Under the pieces are notes generated by a model that ran no database searches, was not told the origin of the DNA, and saw only the letters and a list, made by a program, of their open reading frames with translations. Below, one piece after another: positions 60,187 to 64,000 of a stretch of DNA of 64,000 nt. The first letter of the stretch is position 1. The number at the start of each line of letters is the position of its first letter. Origin of the DNA: an uncultured Gemmatimonadaceae bacterium (lineage in GTDB: Bacteria; Gemmatimonadota; Gemmatimonadetes; Gemmatimonadales; Gemmatimonadaceae); the NCBI GenBank assembly GCA_963751275.1, contig CAVVTZ010000007.1, positions 96,001 through 160,000 of the forward strand, written 5' to 3'. A program made the translations under genes and the position numbers.

Positions 60187-60710
60187 CTGAGAACGGTGAC
60201 CGTCACCTGTTCGCCGAAGCGGCCGCCGAGCGAGCGGAGGAACGTCTCCATCGCGGCATGCGTGCCGAAGACGTAGCGCTGCAGGAAGCGGAAGAACGGT
60301 TGCTGCACCGTGCCCTCTTCCGTGATCGTGACCGTGCTGCCGGTGCTGTCGGGAAGGATCTGGAAGATCCACCGGCCGCCGAACCCGGCATCTTTCGTGG
60401 TAATCGCGTTCACGACACGGTTCGGCCGGACCGTGACCGTCGCTTCATAGTCGAGGACGCCGGAACCGGCCGTCTCACGCCACGCCGTGTGGCCGTTCGA
60501 CGCGGGCAGGCGGGAGACCGATTTCACATCCTTGCGCCACTGCGGATACGCCTCGACATCCGTGATCGCGTCGTACACGGAATCGGGGGGCACCGCAAAG
60601 CGGGCGCGCACCGTCGCCAGATGATCCTGCGGCAAGCGCGCGCCCACGGTGTATGCGATCGCGACGGCAGCGACGAGCACGCCGAACAGCACGAGGATCC
60701 ATTTCAGCAT
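60183..60710 (-). CDS. SRPBCC/polyketide cyclase-family protein, membrane anchored
   Basis: PPDSVYDAITD..YPQWR, GGRW.F, TITEEG. Confidence 0.82.
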   Translation of the reverse strand: MLKWILVLFGVLVAAVAIAYTVGARLPQDHLATVRARFAVPPDSVYDAITDVEAYPQWRKDVKSVSRLPASNGHTAWRETAGSGVLDYEATVTVRPNRVVNAITTKDAGFGGRWIFQILPDSTGSTVTITEEGTVQQPFFRFLQRYVFGTHAAMETFLRSLGGRFGEQVTVTVLS

Positions 60711-60744
60711 GGGTGATCTCCCCGTGTCGTGCGCGTTCGCGCGA

Positions 60745-61074
60745 TCAAGTCACCCGGTTGATCCAGTCGGTCGTGATCTCCTTCGCCTTGTCCCGCGCCT
60801 CTTCGCCCGCTTCACGGGCTTCGCCGAAGAGCGTGCGGCCGGCATCGAGCGCGCCCTGCCCGACCTCGGTGGCGCCCATCTTCATGCGCTCCACCGTCGG
60901 CGCGAGCTTCGCCACGATCCGCTTGCGCGCGGAAGTCTTCTTCTTGGGCGCGGTCTTCTTCTTCGCAGCGGCCTTCCGCTTCGGCGCCGCCTTGCGCTTC
61001 GCCGTCTTCCGCTTCGCGGGCTTGCGTCCTTTCGCCTTGGGGCGGGACGCCTTCTTCTTCCTCTTCGCAGCCAT
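60745..61074 (-). CDS. Histone H1-like Lys/Ala-rich protein with amphipathic C-terminus
   Basis: MAAKRKKKASRPKAKGRKPAKRKTAKRKAAPK...; GGGAG just upstream of ATG. Confidence 0.72.
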   Translation of the reverse strand: MAAKRKKKASRPKAKGRKPAKRKTAKRKAAPKRKAAAKKKTAPKKKTSARKRIVAKLAPTVERMKMGATEVGQGALDAGRTLFGEAREAGEEARDKAKEITTDWINRVT

Positions 61075-61224
61075 GAGAGTACTCCCGATGGATTGATGGT
61101 CCTGTGCGCCGCCGCGAGAGCGAGCGGCACACCGCCTAGTATGCATCGGCGGGCCGAGTGCCGCCAGCGCGCATGGTGGTGCAGAGCGGGGATTCCGGGG
61201 TATATTCGCGCTGTACCCAATCCC

Positions 61225-61830
61225 ATGAGGTCTGTCATGCGATCCATGATCACCGCAGTCGCTATCCTCGGCGCCGCCGCGTTCATTCCCGCGGGCTACA
61301 CGGCGATTCCCGATAAGGCGTCGGCCGACATGTCCCAGGCCGTGTACACGGCTTCGGGATCCAACTGGGAAGTGAAAACCGGCCCGGCCCACATCTTGTT
61401 CAATGACAAGGACATGGGCACCACGGGATCGGCGACGAGCGCGACGATCGAACAGCTCGCGAAGCCGATGCATCCCGAGTCCTACGGCGTGTTCATCGGC
61501 GGCAAGAATCTGGCCGACCCGGCGACGCGCACGTACACCTACTTCCTCGTGCGCGGGGACGGCAAGTATATGGTCAACGTCATGAACGGCACGAAGGCGA
61601 CGGCGATCGTCCCGTGGACCGCGAGCCCGAACGTTCCGACGGAAGATGCGAGCGGCAAGGCGACGTACGCGCTGAACGTCCACGTCGCGCCGACCGAGAT
61701 CCATTTCCAGGTGAACGGCAAGCTGGTGGCGACCGTGCCGAAGGGGATGAACCCGGTGGACGGCATCTCCGGACTCCGCATCAATCACAATCTCCATCTG
61801 ATGGTCACGCCGGTCACGGTCTCGAAGTAG
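61225..61830 (+). CDS. Secreted beta-rich hypothetical protein
   Basis: Signal peptide; TGPA, ESYGVFIGG, YFLVRGDG, GLRINHNL. Confidence 0.75.
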   Translation: MRSVMRSMITAVAILGAAAFIPAGYTAIPDKASADMSQAVYTASGSNWEVKTGPAHILFNDKDMGTTGSATSATIEQLAKPMHPESYGVFIGGKNLADPATRTYTYFLVRGDGKYMVNVMNGTKATAIVPWTASPNVPTEDASGKATYALNVHVAPTEIHFQVNGKLVATVPKGMNPVDGISGLRINHNLHLMVTPVTVSK

Positions 61831-61846
61831 CTGCGCACGCACGGAG

Positions 61847-61879
61847 GAGCGCGCCGGCCGTCAGGCCGGCGCGCTCTTT
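61847..61879 (+). terminator. Intrinsic terminator
   Basis: GAGCGCGCCGGCC-GTCA-GGCCGGCGCGCTC-TTT. Confidence 0.72.
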
Positions 61880-61976
61880 CACATCCAGGGGGCGCGGGCA
61901 CGCGCCCGCGCGCGGCGGCCCGCGCCGGCGTTATCTTGCGCAGTCGCAGTTCCTTCCCGAACAGGCCGTGGTGTGC

Positions 61977-64000
61977 GTGAATCGATCGCTGCTCGCGGTT
62001 CTCGTGTGCTTCTCGGCGTGCAGTCCGCTGGCGAAGGTGCCGCCGCCTGCCCCGAGCAATGCGCCGCACAAGGTGGACTCGCTGCCCGCGGCCGTCACCG
62101 CGACGCCGGTCGCCGGCGCCGCTCCGGCCGCGGTGGCGGCCAAACCAGTGGCCGGTGCGCCGCGTGCCGCCGTCGCACCACGCACTCCCGTAGCGCCCCC
62201 CTCGGGCTCCATCGCGACGCCGGTGGATCCGTTCGCGCGCGTCGATCGCATGGACTGGCCCGGGCCCAATCGCTACCGGTCAGCCAGCGGCCAACCGGGT
62301 CCCGACTACTGGCAACAGCGCGCCGACTACGACATCGCCGCGACGCTCGACACCGCTGAGCAGCGGATCGACGGCCGCGTCACGATCACCTACACGAACA
62401 ATTCGCCCGACACGCTGACATTCCTCTGGCTGCAGCTCGATCAGAACCTGTACCGCGAGGGAAGTCTCGGCAGCACGCTGCACGCGGAGGAAACGCGCTG
62501 GGGCGCGCGCGGCTTCCGCGGCGGGTACGACGTCAAGAATCTGAGCGTGAACGGGAAGCCTGCGCTCCCGCTGATCGATGACACGCGCATGCGCGTGAAG
62601 CTCGCCTCACCGCTCCCGCCGCACGGCGGTCGCGTGACCGTGGCGATGGACTACGATTTCCGCGTCCCGGACCATGGCTCCGACCGGATGGGGCGCGATG
62701 GGCGCCTGTTCGAGATCGCCCAGTGGTATCCGCGCATGGCGGTGTACGACGACGTGCGCGGCTGGAACACGGATCCGTATTACGGCCAGGGCGAATTCTA
62801 TCTCGAGTACGGCGACATCGACTACGCGATCACCGCGCCGGCGGGCTACACGATCGCGGGGAGCGGCGTGCTGCAGAACGCCGCCGACGTGCTGACGCCG
62901 GCGCAACGGAGCCGGCTGGCGGAAGCGGCGCACACCGACCGCATCGTGCCGATCATCGCGGCGGGCGAAGACGCGGCCACGCCGCGCGCCGGGACGAAAA
63001 CCTGGCGCTTCCGCGCGCAGAACGTGCGCGATGTCGCGTGGGCGGGCGCGCCCGATTTCCGCTGGGATGCGACGAGCTGGAACGGGATCCTGATGCAGGC
63101 CTACTACGAGATCGAGAAGGCCGGTGCCTCGTGGCAGCGCGGCGCCGAATGGACGCGCTGGAGCATCCGTTTCTATTCGCAAATGGTGCATCCGTATCCG
63201 TATCCGCAGGCGACGAGCGTCGCGGGCCCGGTGGGGGGCATGGAATATCCGATGTTCGTGATGGTGCACTACGGCAAATCCCTCGCGGACACCGGGGCCG
63301 TGTTCAGCACGATCGATCACGAGCAGGGGCACGAGTGGTTCCCGATGCTGGTGGGATCGAACGAGCGGCGATACGGCTGGATGGACGAAGGGATCAACAC
63401 GTACATCAACACCTTCTCGAACGAAGCGCACGGCCCCGACTCGACGCGGTGGACACAGTACATGGACGAGTGGCGGCGTGCGGTGCTCGACGGGACGCAG
63501 GCACCGCTCATGACTCCGGCGGACCGCATCAATACCGGTGCGCTCGGCGCGGTGGCGTACCGGAAGCCGGGCGCGGTGCTGCTCGCGCTCCGGAACCATG
63601 TCGTCGGGCCGGCGACGTTCGACGAGGCGCTGCGGGAGTACGCGCGGCGGTGGGCCTTCAGGCATCCGACGCCGGGAGACTTCTTCCGCACGATCGAGAA
63701 CGTGAGCGGCAAGGACCTCGCGTGGTATTGGACCGCGTTCTTCTACAGCGATGATGTGCTCGACATTGGCGTCGACACCGCCTTCACGGTGATCACGCGC
63801 GCGGGGATGCGCGCCGTCGTCCGGCTGTCGAAGAACACGAGCATCCCGTTCCCGGTGGAGATGCGGCTCAAATTCGCCGATGGCTCGGTGCGCACGGTGA
63901 TGCTCCCGGTGGAGATCTGGACCGCCGGCGACCGGTACGATGCGCTGATCGCGGTCACGAGTCCCGTCACGGGCGTGCGGCTCTGGCCCGACCCGACGGT
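61977..64000 (+). CDS. M1-family metallo-aminopeptidase lipoprotein (runs off window end)
   Basis: Manual translation: GTG start, FSAC lipobox, YWQQRADY, AQWYPR, GGMEYP, HEQGHEWF..WMDEG. Confidence 0.92.
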   Translation, partial: MNRSLLAVLVCFSACSPLAKVPPPAPSNAPHKVDSLPAAVTATPVAGAAPAAVAAKPVAGAPRAAVAPRTPVAPPSGSIATPVDPFARVDRMDWPGPNRYRSASGQPGPDYWQQRADYDIAATLDTAEQRIDGRVTITYTNNSPDTLTFLWLQLDQNLYREGSLGSTLHAEETRWGARGFRGGYDVKNLSVNGKPALPLIDDTRMRVKLASPLPPHGGRVTVAMDYDFRVPDHGSDRMGRDGRLFEIAQWYPRMAVYDDVRGWNTDPYYGQGEFYLEYGDIDYAITAPAGYTIAGSGVLQNAADVLTPAQRSRLAEAAHTDRIVPIIAAGEDAATPRAGTKTWRFRAQNVRDVAWAGAPDFRWDATSWNGILMQAYYEIEKAGASWQRGAEWTRWSIRFYSQMVHPYPYPQATSVAGPVGGMEYPMFVMVHYGKSLADTGAVFSTIDHEQGHEWFPMLVGSNERRYGWMDEGINTYINTFSNEAHGPDSTRWTQYMDEWRRAVLDGTQAPLMTPADRINTGALGAVAYRKPGAVLLALRNHVVGPATFDEALREYARRWAFRHPTPGDFFRTIENVSGKDLAWYWTAFFYSDDVLDIGVDTAFTVITRAGMRAVVRLSKNTSIPFPVEMRLKFADGSVRTVMLPVEIWTAGDRYDALIAVTSPVTGVRLWPDPT

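Noticed and set aside
112..63970. Many long overlapping ORFs in the track (e.g. 10609-13311 -, 53649-55847 -, 49546-51384 -, 1169-2632 +)
   Set aside because: Antisense or shadow frames of well-supported genes; Arg/Ala/Pro-rich with no motifs, expected at this GC content

Overview
High-GC bacterial chromosome segment spanning the replication origin. Gemmatimonadota-like by gene content (inference: GWxTD lipoprotein, Hanks kinase, multiple short pilins, pseudo-receiver AraC). Order: mnmE(partial)-yidC-yidD-rnpA-rpmH <> dnaA-oriC-dnaN >< rnpB, AraC, pyrE, Ser/Thr kinase, GWxTD, polA, two pilins, a BMP/Nif3/ABC/MFS operon, mnmG-parS-parA-parB-M23-bactofilin, hydrolases, SufR-like HTH-hisA-like-hisIE-murB, a blue-copper lipoprotein, a minor-pilin cluster, HD-like protein, ispG, cold-shock protein, an ArgR-controlled arg cluster, secreted hydrolases/peptidases, an Smr protein, an [FeFe]-hydrogenase-like protein, thrB, moeB, an H1-like protein and a partial M1 peptidase. 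No CRISPR, prophage, IS, tRNA or rRNA was seen. Eight genes, including dnaA, carry single-base frameshifts that most likely are sequencing errors. Most noteworthy: an unexplained 188-nt rod-like inverted repeat (30105-30292), a parAB-coupled degenerate M23/bactofilin module, a clamp-binding-like motif in DnaA, and several apparently degenerate enzyme homologues ([FeFe]-hydrogenase-like, HD/Mesh1-like, HisA-like, Cys-less ArsC/Spx).
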